Shown one piece after another: positions 1 to 12,419 of a stretch of DNA of 64,000 nucleotides. Within the stretch, counting starts at the first letter, position 1. Each line of letters opens with the position of its first letter. The stretch lies in NCBI GenBank assembly GCA_051530055.1, contig CM121342.1, positions 9,997,480 through 10,061,479 on the forward strand. Direction: 5' to 3'. Source of the DNA: Neoechinorhynchus agilis (taxonomy: Eukaryota; Animalia; Acanthocephala). Made by a program: the position numbers and the translations under genes. Below the pieces are notes generated by a model. That model was not told the origin of the DNA, did no database searches, and saw nothing but the letters and a program-made list of their open reading frames with translations.

Positions 1-96
1 CGCCATAAACAAGGATTTCTTTATTTAAACTTTACACTGAAGCGCAGCTTTATCGCGCGAAAGAATAGCAAATTTTCGATTTGTGATCGTTATTGG

Positions 97-314
97 AAGA
101 TATTTGTTTAGTGAAAACTCTCTAAAATCAGATTTGAATTTAACTTTCATTTGAAGCTACGTTTCTCGCAATATAAATCGTCTCGATTTGATTCTCGAGT
201 TTTAAGATATTTGTTTAGTGAAAAACTCTCTAAAATCAGATTGGAATTTAGCTTTCATTTAAAGCTACGTTTCTCGCAATATAAATCGTCTCGATTTGAT
301 TCTTGAGTTGTAAG
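97..314. repeat. Tandem duplication, 2 x ~107 bp, immediately upstream of RAD17 start
   Basis: AAGATATTTGTTTAGTGAAAA...CGATTTGATTC recurs at 97 and 204 with few substitutions. Confidence 0.9.
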
Positions 315-2327
315 ATGAGTTCTAATCCACGGATAATTCCCTTAAAGGAGCTCGCAATAAGTAAGAAAAGATTGAACGAATTATTACAGTGGTTTCAAAC
401 GTCTACTACTAATGAATGCAACGTTCTTATCCTTTCGGGTTCTCCAGGTTGCGGCAAAACTACGACGATTCAATCAATATGTTCGCATCTTTCACTGGAC
501 CTGATCGTCTATGACATGAACTTCGATTCTACTGAACCCGATGATTGTGATCGGAAATCGTACCGTGATGTTATTGGAGATGCGTCCAAGTTCCTCTGGC
601 AAGTCTCTAGGTATCAAGATCTCATTAGTCCTTCCCGAAATCAATGCATTCTGATCGATAATGTTTCCGAAGTTGGTTTGTCGTTGTTTAAACACACACA
701 AAGAAGGTTTTAAACATGCATTGACGAACCATTAAAATCTTCTCGATAACCGACAATCTTCTTGTTCTTATACTAGAATTCATGATGTTTTGAGACAAAA
801 TTCGAAAATATCCTCGAAGAAAATAGTTTTCGAAGTTACAATTGCCGGTGGAAATCTGGGAACGCTCAAGAAACTTTTTCCTAGTGATTTTATCCAAGAA
901 TTGGGGATTAAACTCGTTGCTTTGCAACCAATGAAGCATAGATTTCTTACATTTTAAAAAAGATCATTACATTCTCCAATAGAGCAATTGCGAATCGCCT
1001 TTTATGAAATCATTTTGCGGTTCGGTGAGAATTACAGATTTACGGTTATATTTTTAAAAACCAAGTCGATTTCCATGAATTTATGCTTTTTTGCGGACTT
1101 AATCATTTTTATTTTTCGGTAGCATATTTTTTTACTATTAGAAGTTTAGCTGCTTTAACCTCTTCTAATTTGAGGTTATTATCAATATTTCTTAAAGATT
1201 TATCCAAAGTTCTGATAGGACCATGCAAATGACCGAAAACGAACAAAATCCAATTATTATATAGGTGCGTAATGGTTTGTTGGCCGGTCGACAGATAATA
1301 ATTGACGGAATCTCTGACATTTGGGAGCAAAATGACGAAAAGACAAATTTATCAAGATAGTTTGATGCTAAAATCGAACTGTTCGTATATGAACGATTAG
1401 GTAAAAATCGAATTGATTGTGTTTCAACCATTATTTTACTAACTTCCTTCGTTAATTGTAAAAGTTTTGATATTTACTGAGGCCCATTTATTTCATTGAC
1501 AAATAAACTTGGACATTTTTTGTTAACCGTCATTATTAAATTTCTCATTTTTTTCATTTTAGTGAAATTCGGGGCTAATGAAAATCAGCAGACTTTCTAA
1601 AATAGAGATCTGTGTTAAAAGTGATGCTCAACTAATGACAGTGATAAATCCTGCAAGTAAAGGTAAACGAAAAAAGCAGCATTCTTCGTCAGCGATTAAT
1701 ATCTGCAAATCTAGTAAAGGTGATTTAAGATGTGCACTCAATTCTATTTCTTTGCAAACAACACTTTCGACAAAAGACACGGATTCATCTATTTTTCAAT
1801 CTGTTGGTGCTATTCTGCATAGAAAAATAATGTCTTCCAATGAAAACGAAAATCACAATCTGGACGATATCTTAAGTCGATGCCCCTTGTCTCACTTAAA
1901 TCTTATATTATTTATGCACCATAACTATTTAACATTTGTTAAATCCATTCAGAATTTATCCATGATCGCGAGTAGTTTCGCTTTATACGATTTTATGCAA
2001 GCTACCGGCTGGGTTGGTTCTCATGGCAATAACGACGTGGATTCAACAATATTTGCTGAGTTTGCAGTTCGAACTTATTTGAACAACGATGATAGACATC
2101 GAACAGGATTTCAACCCATTCGTAAACCTGAGTTTGATTTTGATAAGCACGCTCCGACCAATATGCGCATGATTAACTCAGGTTTGGTCAACAAAAATGA
2201 GATTATTGTGGACGTTGCTCCAGTCTTGGAAACTATAAATAAAGGACATGAGGAGTTAAGTGGAGCTTTGAGCGACCATTGTACATTTTATGTTAATGAT
2301 GCTGATGTGTGGATAGATGATGATTGA
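315..2327 (+). CDS. RAD17: Cell-cycle checkpoint clamp loader Rad17 (multi-segment; internal structure unresolved)
   Basis: ELAISKKRLNEL, Walker A SGSPGCGKTTT, IHDVLR...KLFPSDFIQELGI (782-910), KGDLRCALNS and FLTFVK motifs match Rad17. ATG at 315, stop at 2325-2327. Junctions at 662-776 and 955-1690 cannot be fixed unambiguously. Confidence 0.85.
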
Positions 2328-2944
2328 TCAAATGAAAAATTAAATCGGGTCAAAATTCAGATCTAGGAGTTACAACGAATTAATTTAATGCTTTTGCGAA
2401 TTAGTTGTGGTGTTGAAGTTCACAGCCTAAAATGTGTCTAGTAGCTTCAATTAAACATTATCGTATTTTTAGCCTTAATTTAATTTGCAATATTTTATTT
2501 GTTATAGTTTTCAAGTCAAAACGTAAAAGTGTACAAGGTCGTGATGATTTATAACAAGTTAAAGAATTAAAAAAATCGTTTGTCGTTAACACGCATAAAT
2601 CTACTATTAACAAATGTCGGTGTAAAATTTGATAATCGTTTTCTTTAGATGTTTATCGACCTCGTAGATTTGATGTTTGCAATAATTCATTTCTTTTTAA
2701 ATACCAAACTATTTATTTCAAGTGAACATCAACGGTTTGGCACTGTCCATTTTACGTACTATCCATTCAACCGTTTTATTGATCGAATTGCAAATTAAAT
2801 TTGTATTTAACAATAGAAACTAATGCTTTATCTTAATAAAAAATTTAAACTTTCTGCTGTTTATGTAATTTTACATTTTCAAATGTATTGCAATTTTTAT
2901 TGGTCACTTTACTTTCAAAAATTTAAAATACTAAAAATTAACGA

Positions 2945-4786
2945 TCATCGCCTTTTCCGCCTTTTATTTTTTCGCTTCTTAATTTTGAGCCCACTCTTCT
3001 TTTTCCTTCTTGGTCGACGTTTTAACTTTCCCCTTCGACGTTTTAACTTTCCTCTTCGACGTTTTCGTTTTCTTTTTCCCCCTTTCTTTGGTTTTTTGTC
3101 TTTCTTATTGGCTAATTGCGCTGCACATTCACTACAATACACATGATCATTTTCAATGATAAAGCTCTTTCCAACTAGAATTGATCGACAAATCTTACAC
3201 AGGAAACAATCACTGTGCCACCATAATTCATTCAATCTTATAATCTGTGCTAAAATAAATACATTGAATAAGGTTTTAGCAGATGATATTAAGAGTATGG
3301 TAGCCAATGACAATATAAATCCAGTTAACAATTCAACGAATCACGGAGCGGTCTGGCGATTGCTCTCTAAATGTTTTTAACAACTGACCTTCAATGCTGA
3401 AATGTAAACCACAATCTTGGCAACTGTTTTCAGCTATCAAGCACCATTCACAAATTCTCAATGCTTCACTGTCGTCGTGATTTAAATAAAATGCGTCAAC
3501 AATCGGATCTTCGCATTTTCCGCATTTAAAACAAGACTGGTGATAAGGAACGTTTTCAAATACTATCCCTTTATTCTCGATAGGCTACAAAAAATTCGAC
3601 TTTTAAAACTTAGAGACTCACATTTAATAAATTACCTTATTGCAAAATGTACATTCATTTGATACAATTTTCACATAGCATTTCAAACAATACAACTCTT
3701 TTAGTTCATCGACCATGCATTGAGACTTTGATAAGTCGCTTTTACACATCTTGCATTTAAAACAATCCGAATGAAATATGAGACATCTATATTTAAATGC
3801 GCAATCATCTAGAAAATGAAATTAAAGAAATAATTAATAGTTCTAAAAATCAATACTTGGTTCGATTGGCTCGTTGCAAAAGTCACACATTTTCCCGTAT
3901 GCTACATATAGACATCGATCGCAAAGAACGTTTTCTTTGTAAAGTGTAAAAGACCTTTTTTGAAGCGGTTCATGACAACAGACGCAGATTATACATTGTT
4001 CATGGAAAAATAAGCCGTCTTCACATTTAATGCCCTTTCAAATTACAGACAATTAGTCATGGTGGTGACGAGTAAAAAAAAGCAGAATTGAAACTTTCAA
4101 TAGCATGTGGTGGCCACTGAAAAATTAAATATTGCAATAAAGTTTAATGCATATTTTTATATTGAAATGTATAAGAAGGATGTTAGAAAAAGGCATAATA
4201 GTTGTTACATTTTGTGCGATGAAATCTACCGCTTCTTTGGAGTTATTTTCTTTAAATTTAAAAAATATGAAATGCAGAAACCCGCAGTTTTAATGATATT
4301 CCCACAGTTTTAAGCAGGATTATTAGAAAAAGTTGCGCCACGAACCATTCTAGCCATTTTCCTCGTTTGCTGACAATTTGAAGTAAAATAAAATCTATCA
4401 ATTTGTTATAATAAATAAGAATGAATCATAACCTTTATCTGTGATTAAGATAATTGTTTATTTCTTCTCAAATATAACAATTTTCATTCAAAACTGAACT
4501 AATCTGCGAAATCTAAGACTCGAGTATGAAATGGAACTCGCGTAGTAAAAAAATGTCCGTAGCCGAAGTTTACCTTCTCATCGTGTGCAATAATTTTACC
4601 GCATCCCGTACAAATGGGTGCTATAAAATCCTGATAACAGTTTTTACAATAACCTCTTCGTTCATCGCTTACAATATATTCTTCCCTTAAAAGCGATCTG
4701 TCGCAATTCCAGCAAACGAAATCCGCTTTGCGACTGTCCAATTTCTTAGCATTTTCTTCATGCATGTTCACCGATTCCTTAGACAT
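2945..4786 (-). CDS. FHL: Four-and-a-half LIM domain (FHL/Limpet-type) protein with K/R-rich C-terminal tail, ~354 aa
   Basis: Exons 4786-4574, 4034-3857, 3808-3636, 3584-3389 and 3249-2945 are joined by four phase-consistent GT-AG introns. They encode a half LIM (CWNC...CKNC) plus four complete LIM domains. Confidence 0.9.
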
Positions 4787-4899
4787 TTTGCATTCGAAAG
4801 CAACTGTTCCTATGGAAACCTTGCTGTTTTAGTACCCGAAAAATTAGATTTAATGACAATATTCTTTATAGATCACGATTTCACTTTGATTCAGTTACG

Positions 4900-5400
4900 T
4901 CAGAATTGAACATAGTGGTTTACTTGATCATATTGATCATAATATCCATTATTGTCCATCATTGATACAACCAATTGAGATTGATCCTCAGTTTCTAGAA
5001 TTTCAATCATTGATCGAATATAGTCGATCGCCGATCGAAGTGTTTCCACTCTTGAGAGCTTAGCACGAGCAAACGATGGTAATGGCAAAACTGATCGAAG
5101 TTGTTCAAATGCAACATTTAATTTAAGCATTCTTTTCTTTTCTCGTTTTGTAGCTTCGATTCGCTGAACGTAATTTAACACGCGTTTCCGCTTTCTCTTT
5201 TTATTTACCGGCTCTCCGCTTTCATCTGGATTTTCAGGAGATTCGATAGATCGTTTTTTATAACCACATTCTTGGTAATCACAAAAATCACTTCGGTACA
5301 TCGGACTGTGATAGACCTTAATATAACCCATTTCAGTTTCTGTATAGTATTCGGACTGCAGCCAACTATCGCCATTGTAAATTGCATTTGTGGTGTCCAA
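4900..5400 (-). CDS. Class II bHLH transcription factor (achaete-scute / PTF1-Fer-like), intronless
   Basis: QRIEATKREKKRMLKLNVAFEQLRSVLP...KLSRVETLRSAIDYIRSM is a basic-helix-loop-helix. Confidence 0.85.
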   Translation of the reverse strand: MDTTNAIYNGDSWLQSEYYTETEMGYIKVYHSPMYRSDFCDYQECGYKKRSIESPENPDESGEPVNKKRKRKRVLNYVQRIEATKREKKRMLKLNVAFEQLRSVLPLPSFARAKLSRVETLRSAIDYIRSMIEILETEDQSQLVVSMMDNNGYYDQYDQVNHYVQF

Positions 5401-7929
5401 GTCAAAGTCAGATCGATCAATGAAAAGCGCCTTTGAAGTGAAGAAGTAATGTAAAAAATTAAATTATTGATACGCAAATTTAAAACGTTAATCAATTTAT
5501 TCCGTCTTTTTACAGGCAATAGTTCGAATGACGTTTTTTAAGCAGCTGGATTTTTTCATTCAATTGATAGTAATTTAAATAATTTACTTCGATATTCTCT
5601 TGTTCTACTTACGTTGTTTTCTCCATCAGAGCCTTTAAAATCCATTTTCGCTAAAGGTTCACTAATAGTTGTCATGCGCTGCTTATATTCTCTCAAACTG
5701 ACTTGACAACCAGATTGATTAACAACTCGGGCGATTTTCGTTTGTAGGCTTTGCACTCTATTGGCTGATTTTTACAGTGTATCTTGCATAATTCTCTTTA
5801 GGCACTAACGAGATCAATCCATGTCAAATAGCGGTATGGCATTTTAATCCACTTGATGTAGCAATGACTGAACCGCCGATGTGGTCATAAGTCAAAGTAA
5901 TGACCGGTCATTACCTTTAGAGTTACGATCGTTTTTATGAGAATTTAACTTTGGATTTGCCGTCCTTTTTATTAAAGTAGACATAAATTTTTGAATTGAA
6001 TGACAGACAGTCTAGCGCTCACATGCAGCTGTTGCTTGTCAGCCTACAGTATATTGTTCGTTGTCTACATTGAAGATGGGCTGAATTTGGGAAATATGTA
6101 CTCATTTTATTATTGGTGTCGATCGATGTAACAAGTATTTGAAACGGATAACTTATGGTTTTCGACTCAAATTCGATATGCTTTTTTTTGAAAATCAAAA
6201 ATTTAATGTCGTGTGCGAAAATATACAAACATAACTGAGTGGTCAGAAAATTGTCCAATCGCAATTCAGAATGTGGGATGAAATTATCTGAGTTAATTGT
6301 TTTATTTTCATCTGATAAAATGCGCGTCCCACATTTTCAGTGTGAATTGGTTATTTTGAGAAAATATTGATTCCATGTTTTTATAATGCCATCAAGATCG
6401 GTATAATTAGACCCAATAAAGTAGAAAAATAAGCTAGGTGAAATTTATCTTTTTTACGTTCCTGGTTGAACTTCATCATTTATAATAATCAACGGGAAAC
6501 CATCAGAGTTTGTTTTTATTTGCGAAACTGCAATTAAGACGAATAATTCGCCATTTTTCATAGGCGGAGGAATCATTAGTGTGTTTAAACAGGTTTTCAA
6601 AAGTCATTCCTTTTTACATCAGTAAAACAATCCTAATCCCAATTCATTCCATGTTCCCCTCATTTTCGCATACCATCAACCGAAATGAAAAGGAATAAAG
6701 ACCCAACCTCACAAGAATAACCACCAATTCTCACCCAACTGAACCCGTGATCCACTCCCCAATCAACATTCATTTAACCTATCAGAAATCGAGTGTTTAT
6801 AAGGACCTGAAGGTTCATTGGTCCTATTCTTTTTGGATTAACAAGTGAAACGTGTTATTATTAATATAGAATTGCGAGCTTCCTTTGATATTTTTAAAAT
6901 TCATAGTGTTTGCATAATTTAAAAAAACTTGCAGTATTGAACCCTTCAAACCAGTGCAATTTCAATGTTTATAAGCTTTAATATTTTCAAAGTTAACATC
7001 TGTCGCGAATTCGAACGAAATTTTTTATTCTATCGTGCATTATAGCTAATCGCCAAATTATTTTATATCAGACCACTGCAACTTACAACATTTTTAAATT
7101 TAAAGTTACTTTTAAGATTAAAATATTAAAGTCATTTCTTGTTCAATGCAACACAAACATATAATCATCCAAAAGCTTTTTATATGAGATTTTACTTACC
7201 CTTAAATTAGGCGTAATTTAAATGAAGACTCAGGTCCAAATCGATTGTATGTATCAAAAAAACAGTTCACACATAAAAATATTTTTAGGGCCTAATATTT
7301 TGATAGCGCCTAGCGGAAAGGCAGCTTTCAGCATCCGATACGGAAACTGATCTCTGATTGGCTCTTTTCGTTTGGACGCTATTTTTGTTCTAATAATCTT
7401 GTAGAAGCACTCTTAAAAGGGACGAGATAAGTGCTTCGTTAGTAAAGAACTAAAATATAATGCATATTTACGACTAATTAAGCGCAATAATAAAAATTAA
7501 AGATTATCAAATTTGTCTTAAAAATACGATTTCTTTTGAAAACGTGGTAGTAAGAGAACATCGCAAGTGCATGTTTAAATATCGAAATAATTTGTTTCTT
7601 AGTTGTTTGTAAAAAAATCGAATCAAGAAGTTGAATTCATTCTCTTTGTTCACAAATTCCTCCTTTCGAACAATTCTGCAACTGTCGTCATGATTCTTCG
7701 GCAGCTTCTTTGATGGCCGCGTTGGATCGCCGTGCTGATTCGCTGCAGATGTAAATTTTAAAATGAAAAAGACCCGCTGTTTTATTATGGGCACGATCAA
7801 GCATTATAAGAATTTAAATAGCACACAATGAGAAGTCTCCGAAACTATGAAATCGAAAATCAAAACAAGCTTTATTTTGAACAATATTCTATTAGAATGA
7901 AGACTGTAATAAACTGAAAGTACTTAGCT

Positions 7930-8169
7930 TTATTTCTCGCGTTTCCAAAACTTTGATCCTTTGTATACAGGTTTATAGTTTTCATCGAACCAGCCTAGAG
8001 TGGTGTGGTGCACAACTATCAATGAACAATAAAATCCTATTAGAATAACTACACAGGCTTTGGGATAATTCCCCATGAACCAAGTCGAAAACTGTCGATA
8101 TTTGAACCTTTCTCTGGCCTCACTGAAAAATCCACGGCGACCGTCTGCATCATTTGTTTGATCTGTCAT
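7930..8169 (-). CDS. Small single-pass membrane protein (79 aa), possibly a mitochondrial complex accessory subunit
   Basis: ATG at 8169, one hydrophobic segment (ACVVILIGFYCSLIVV) and coding-like composition; family not recognised. Confidence 0.45.
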   Translation of the reverse strand: MTDQTNDADGRRGFFSEARERFKYRQFSTWFMGNYPKACVVILIGFYCSLIVVHHTTLGWFDENYKPVYKGSKFWKREK

Positions 8170-8309
8170 ATTTATCTGAAGTAGATGATGGAGTTTAAAG
8201 TGCAATGGAAACCAATAAAGAATTTTCAGGTTTTTCTGGTAAGCTCAAATCCAATAGACCACCACAACATAACTACGGAACGTGCAAACTCTGCCAGATT
8301 AAAAACTTG

Positions 8310-8575
8310 GGAGTGTCCTTCCCTTCCACGGCTAATTATTTTCCTCTGACACACAACTCACCGACTTCTTGGATCAGGGAAGCGCATAAAATCACTTAAT
8401 GCCCGCGACCATACGATTAAGAGCCATCCTCCGGATCCTACTGATAAATGAGTTTTCTTCATTCAACGAGGTATTTCGTCCCTTTTGGTTATGAATCATC
8501 GGCGATAATGGATTTTGAACCCTTTGACCCACTTAAACAGGGATTCAGGACTAAAGTCAACTGGCTAGCCAAACA
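8310..8575. repeat. Dispersed diverged copy of the 370-bp repeat arrayed at 45395-46657
   Basis: Shares GTGTCCTTCCCTTCCA.GGCTAATTATTTTCCTCTGAC and TTCTTGGATCAGGGAAGCGCATAAAA with the array units. Confidence 0.85.
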
Positions 8576-8738
8576 TACGATATTTTGTAATCTAGAACTG
8601 GAGTGACCCTATTTTTTCATCTGTATTTATACCATTAAAAAACACAAGTCACTATTTTTTGAAAAGATTAAAATGTACTATCTTTCTCCAAACAGAAACT
8701 AAATGCTCTATACCAGGATCATGTTCACGTGAAATAAT

Positions 8739-9173
8739 TTAGTCAATAAAAGCGATTTTGTCTTTTGCTGGTGCCAAAGTAACATTTAGTGCTTCAAGTA
8801 CATCTCGCAAGTAGGATTTTTGAACAAAGTTTGAGATAAGAAATCCAGTATTTGCAGTGTGCTTTGCAATGAGTAATACGACAACATGATTGAACACACT
8901 TGTGTTAGAATCTGGTGCATCTATTCGAATCATTATTACTTGAACTTCTGAGAACATTTGAACACAGTAGTTAACTTGCCCCATTTCCAATCTAGAGAAC
9001 CGTTCACTCGAAGCAAAGCAACTGATCAAGAAGTGACTGATCATGTAAGGTTCTTGGCGTTTTGATGGTGGATAGCGAACGATGGGTATTCCGTCTTTAT
9101 CGAGAATGGCGATCGCTAAGAGACAATCGTTGGTTGCTACGAATAATCGCGATAAAAGAGCATTTGGTAGCAT
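8739..9173 (-). CDS. LAMTOR3: Ragulator subunit LAMTOR3 (MP1), intronless
   Basis: LLAIAILDKDGIPIV ~ LHAIVVSDRDGVPVI and LIAKHTANTGFLIS ~ FIASSSANTGLIVS. Confidence 0.85.
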   Translation of the reverse strand: MLPNALLSRLFVATNDCLLAIAILDKDGIPIVRYPPSKRQEPYMISHFLISCFASSERFSRLEMGQVNYCVQMFSEVQVIMIRIDAPDSNTSVFNHVVVLLIAKHTANTGFLISNFVQKSYLRDVLEALNVTLAPAKDKIAFID

Positions 9174-9664
9174 CTTCAATTATATCTATAAGATGGTTCC
9201 GGAGAAAGCTTTGTAGGTTAAGATTTTAAAGAAAAATCAAAGTGTGAGATACTCAAACATGCCCCTAGTTTAATAAATCACAGTAAAGTGAATAAAAATT
9301 CAAATTTTCACTCTTTATTTCATGAATTCCATGAAGAAATAATTGAGCAAAACGTGAAAAACATCAGAGTGAGAAATAATAACTTTGAACATTATACTCC
9401 GAAAATTTCTCTAGAGTGATACCGAGGCTAGTTTTTTGTAATATTTACAAAGGAAATATTTGCTAGCCTTACGACTGTAAGATCTTTATTAGTACTAACC
9501 ACTCATTCGCTTAATATTTACTTTATTATAGTCCCGGACAAGCCCAGCATGCAATTAATTCGTAACTCATTACTTCATCTGAGTTTACTACATTAGTTAA
9601 AGTCGCAATAAACGTTTAGGAATGTCATCGACACAGAAAATCCTTTGGGTTAATCAAAGTATAC

Positions 9665-10115
9665 ATTTTTCTGAAATTAATCCCGGTCATCACATATTTG
9701 ATTTGTTTGAGATATTTCGAAGGAGGAAACCTCGCCCCCTCAGTCATTGCTTGTAAGTTTTTAAATATGAGGTTACTTCGTTCGAAATATTTCCAATAAA
9801 TCAAATATGTGATGACCGGGATTATTTTCAGAAAAAAGTACATGTTTAGGAATGCGTTTGAAGATTTAATTGTTCATGTTTGTTTCTGGCGGAAAATTAA
9901 AGGAATTTATCATCATATTAGAAAACTTATAAGCAGCCTTGATAAAGGCGTACAAAATTGTGGCTCCGAAATATCGGACATAATAAATTCCTTCAATTTT
10001 TCCGTTTATTGAATGGTGGTGAACATAAACAATGAGAGATGAATCGAGGTTTCCTCTTTCGAAATATTTCCTAATAATAAAGGAATCTTTAACCGGGATA
10101 ATATTCACCACCATT
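9665..10115. mobile_element. Palindromic MITE-like cluster
   Basis: TTTTCTGAAATTAATCCCGGTCATCACATATTTGATT (~9668) is inverted at ~9800-9835; also carries the CCGAAATATCGGA family motif at ~9965. Confidence 0.7.
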
Positions 10116-10484
10116 CAATATTTACCATCCCGAAGGATCTTCCTGAGAAGGTTTTCCTTTTATGAATGTGGACTGACGGACCGTTCTGAAAAACAAGATG
10201 TCAAATGAGTTTAAGGCACACATTGAAACATTGGGAGAAATTTAACGTGTGACATTGGAAAAGGTTTCAGAAATATAGATCGGTTTTTACGATTTACCCC
10301 TAAAGTCGTAAATCCTGAACAACATTACAATGTCTTGAAAAGTAAATGATCAAGTAATTCAATAATGGGAATTTTTTGAAAGAAACATATCTCCAAAAAC
10401 TGCAATATTTACATTCGGAGGTTTAAATAATTTTAAAAACAACTCACGCGTCAGTGATCGAAACTTTGGATCAACAACTTAACA

Positions 10485-11757
10485 TCAGCATAATTTCGTT
10501 TCCATGTCATAAAAGAGTAATTGCTCAATCGTAGCATCAAGTTTATCGGAACCGTTAAGAAATGCTTTGACTCCATTAAGAGTTAATCTGATCCTGTGAT
10601 CAGTAACTCGATCTTGGACGAAATTGTATGTCCGAATTCGATCACTTCGGTCACTGTTACCGATTTGCGTTGATCGCAACTGAGATTGCATCTCTACCGT
10701 GGCATCTTTTGCCCGATTTTGAAGTCTTCGTAAAAAAAGATGGAATTTGCAAGCTTAGAAAGTGCACTTACGTTTTTCGAAGAGCATCCATAGCTTCATG
10801 TTTGTTAAGATTTTGAAACCGAGTCGTATCTCTAACAATTGCGATTCCCAAAAACACAACAATTAAAACGTAATGAGAAAAAGTCCAACCTGTCGGTTCA
10901 TGAGTGATCCTAACGGCCGATTGAGTTTTATTGGCATGCTGACCGCCTGGTCCTCGCGAAGACATTGTTTCCACTCTGATATCTTCAATGTTCAGCTACA
11001 AACATACACACACTATTTTTGTTTTACAAAATCTTTTTCTTCTCACCTCCACTGGCTTATTATGGATTGGTAAAACTGAGACCGATACTGTACTTGTATG
11101 TATCCTTCCTCCACTTTCAGTTTCGGGAACTCGTTGAACTCTATGAACTCCCGCTTCTTGCATCATCCTAGCGAATGCCAAATCACCACGACCGATTTCA
11201 ATACATCCGTAACGGATACAATCGGTCGATCCGTTCAATGAACTTGCATCGTCCACGAAGCAATTACATCAATGATTCCAATAAACGAACAACTGGAACC
11301 AATGGATCAAGAAGTTCATAACCACGATACCGCACGTATTGCTTATACATTCTGTACAATTCATAAGCGAATATCATGGATTCTTGGCCGCCAACACCCG
11401 GCCTGAGTTCAATTGAAAATTTTGAATTAGGTTCATAACAGGTTGAAACAAGAAATGGTAGTGCACGTTCACAAAATTTAAGTCGCAATGAGTCGTATTC
11501 GTCACTTATGGCGATCTCCCAGCTCTTATCACCACTCCGGTTCTCTTCTTTTCGTATATCTTCAATGTCATTTAAAAAGATGATCTTAACTACTTAGTAG
11601 AAACGTTCGAAGAGACCATCCGTATAAGTTTATCAAGTTGAGAATTTGTAGCTGGACATTTTCGATAGAGACGGACAAACTTTTCATAATCAATAAGAGA
11701 TGCGGTTTTTTGATGAATAAGACGAACGTTCAAAATGATCCGGTTCATGATGAACAT
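10485..11757 (-). CDS. MTRF1L: Mitochondrial class I peptide chain release factor (RF1-type)
   Basis: [56 protein letters not shown] and [16 protein letters not shown] motifs. Canonical introns at 11046-10996 and 10771-10726, and probably 11616-11585. Two anomalous junctions (see findings). Confidence 0.92.
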
Positions 11758-11769
11758 CTTCTTTCTATC

Positions 11770-12075
11770 GGATGAAAACGCTCGGTCGATTATAAAGATG
11801 TTCTAAAAGCTCAATCTAACGAAAACCACATTTTCAAAAGAAAATTTGAAACTCTCGTGGATTAGTATTAATCGAGTAAACTCTCAAAAACACCATTTTT
11901 CGCAATTTCGCAATCCAGCGGTTTAATCAATAGAAATCTCTTAAAGGATTCGGATTTCTTCAAAACCTCTTTATTTCATGTTCTTCCGTGGATTCCTTCT
12001 TCGCAAGTGGACGTGGTTTTTAGACCTGAAGAAGTCCGACGAGACGAACGAAATATTGAGAACAATAAGTCAATT
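11770..12075 (+). mobile_element. 3' remnant of a Penelope-like element ending in a hammerhead-like motif
   Basis: Decayed GIY-YIG tail-like text (HIFKRKFETL) followed by TTTTAGAC CTGAAGA AGTCC...GAAC GAAA TATTG at 12017-12058. Confidence 0.5.
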
Positions 12076-12419
12076 GCTATTCTTCTCCTCGGCGAAGAAC
12101 AGATACACTAGTGAACAACTTCTTTAAAAATGACCTATTCGTCGTTGTAGATGTAAGAAATAAGAGAAAATCCCTCGGGATGATAGAGTTGGGGTATGGT
12201 GTTCATAATCCCCAAACAAGAAATATCTCCAATCTGAATTGTGATTTCTAGGTCTTAAATTTTTTTCTTAGAATTGTTGTAAGCATCCTGCTCCGCATGA
12301 CATTAAAATTTATTTCGAATATTTTACGCTCACCTCAATTCTAATTTGATTATCCCGAAGCGTAAAAATTAAATTTCATGCCGAATGGATCAAACACCGA
12401 GAAATATTCTTCCAACTTA

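Noticed and set aside
2823-3146. Phe/Leu-rich plus-strand ORF
   Set aside because: Antisense shadow of the Lys/Arg-rich FHL tail; most other short ORFs overlapping real genes are likewise shadows
11585-11616. Apparent -1 frameshift at AAG TAG in the 5' part of the release-factor gene
   Set aside because: A 32-nt (or 20-nt) GT-AG intron explains the frame change
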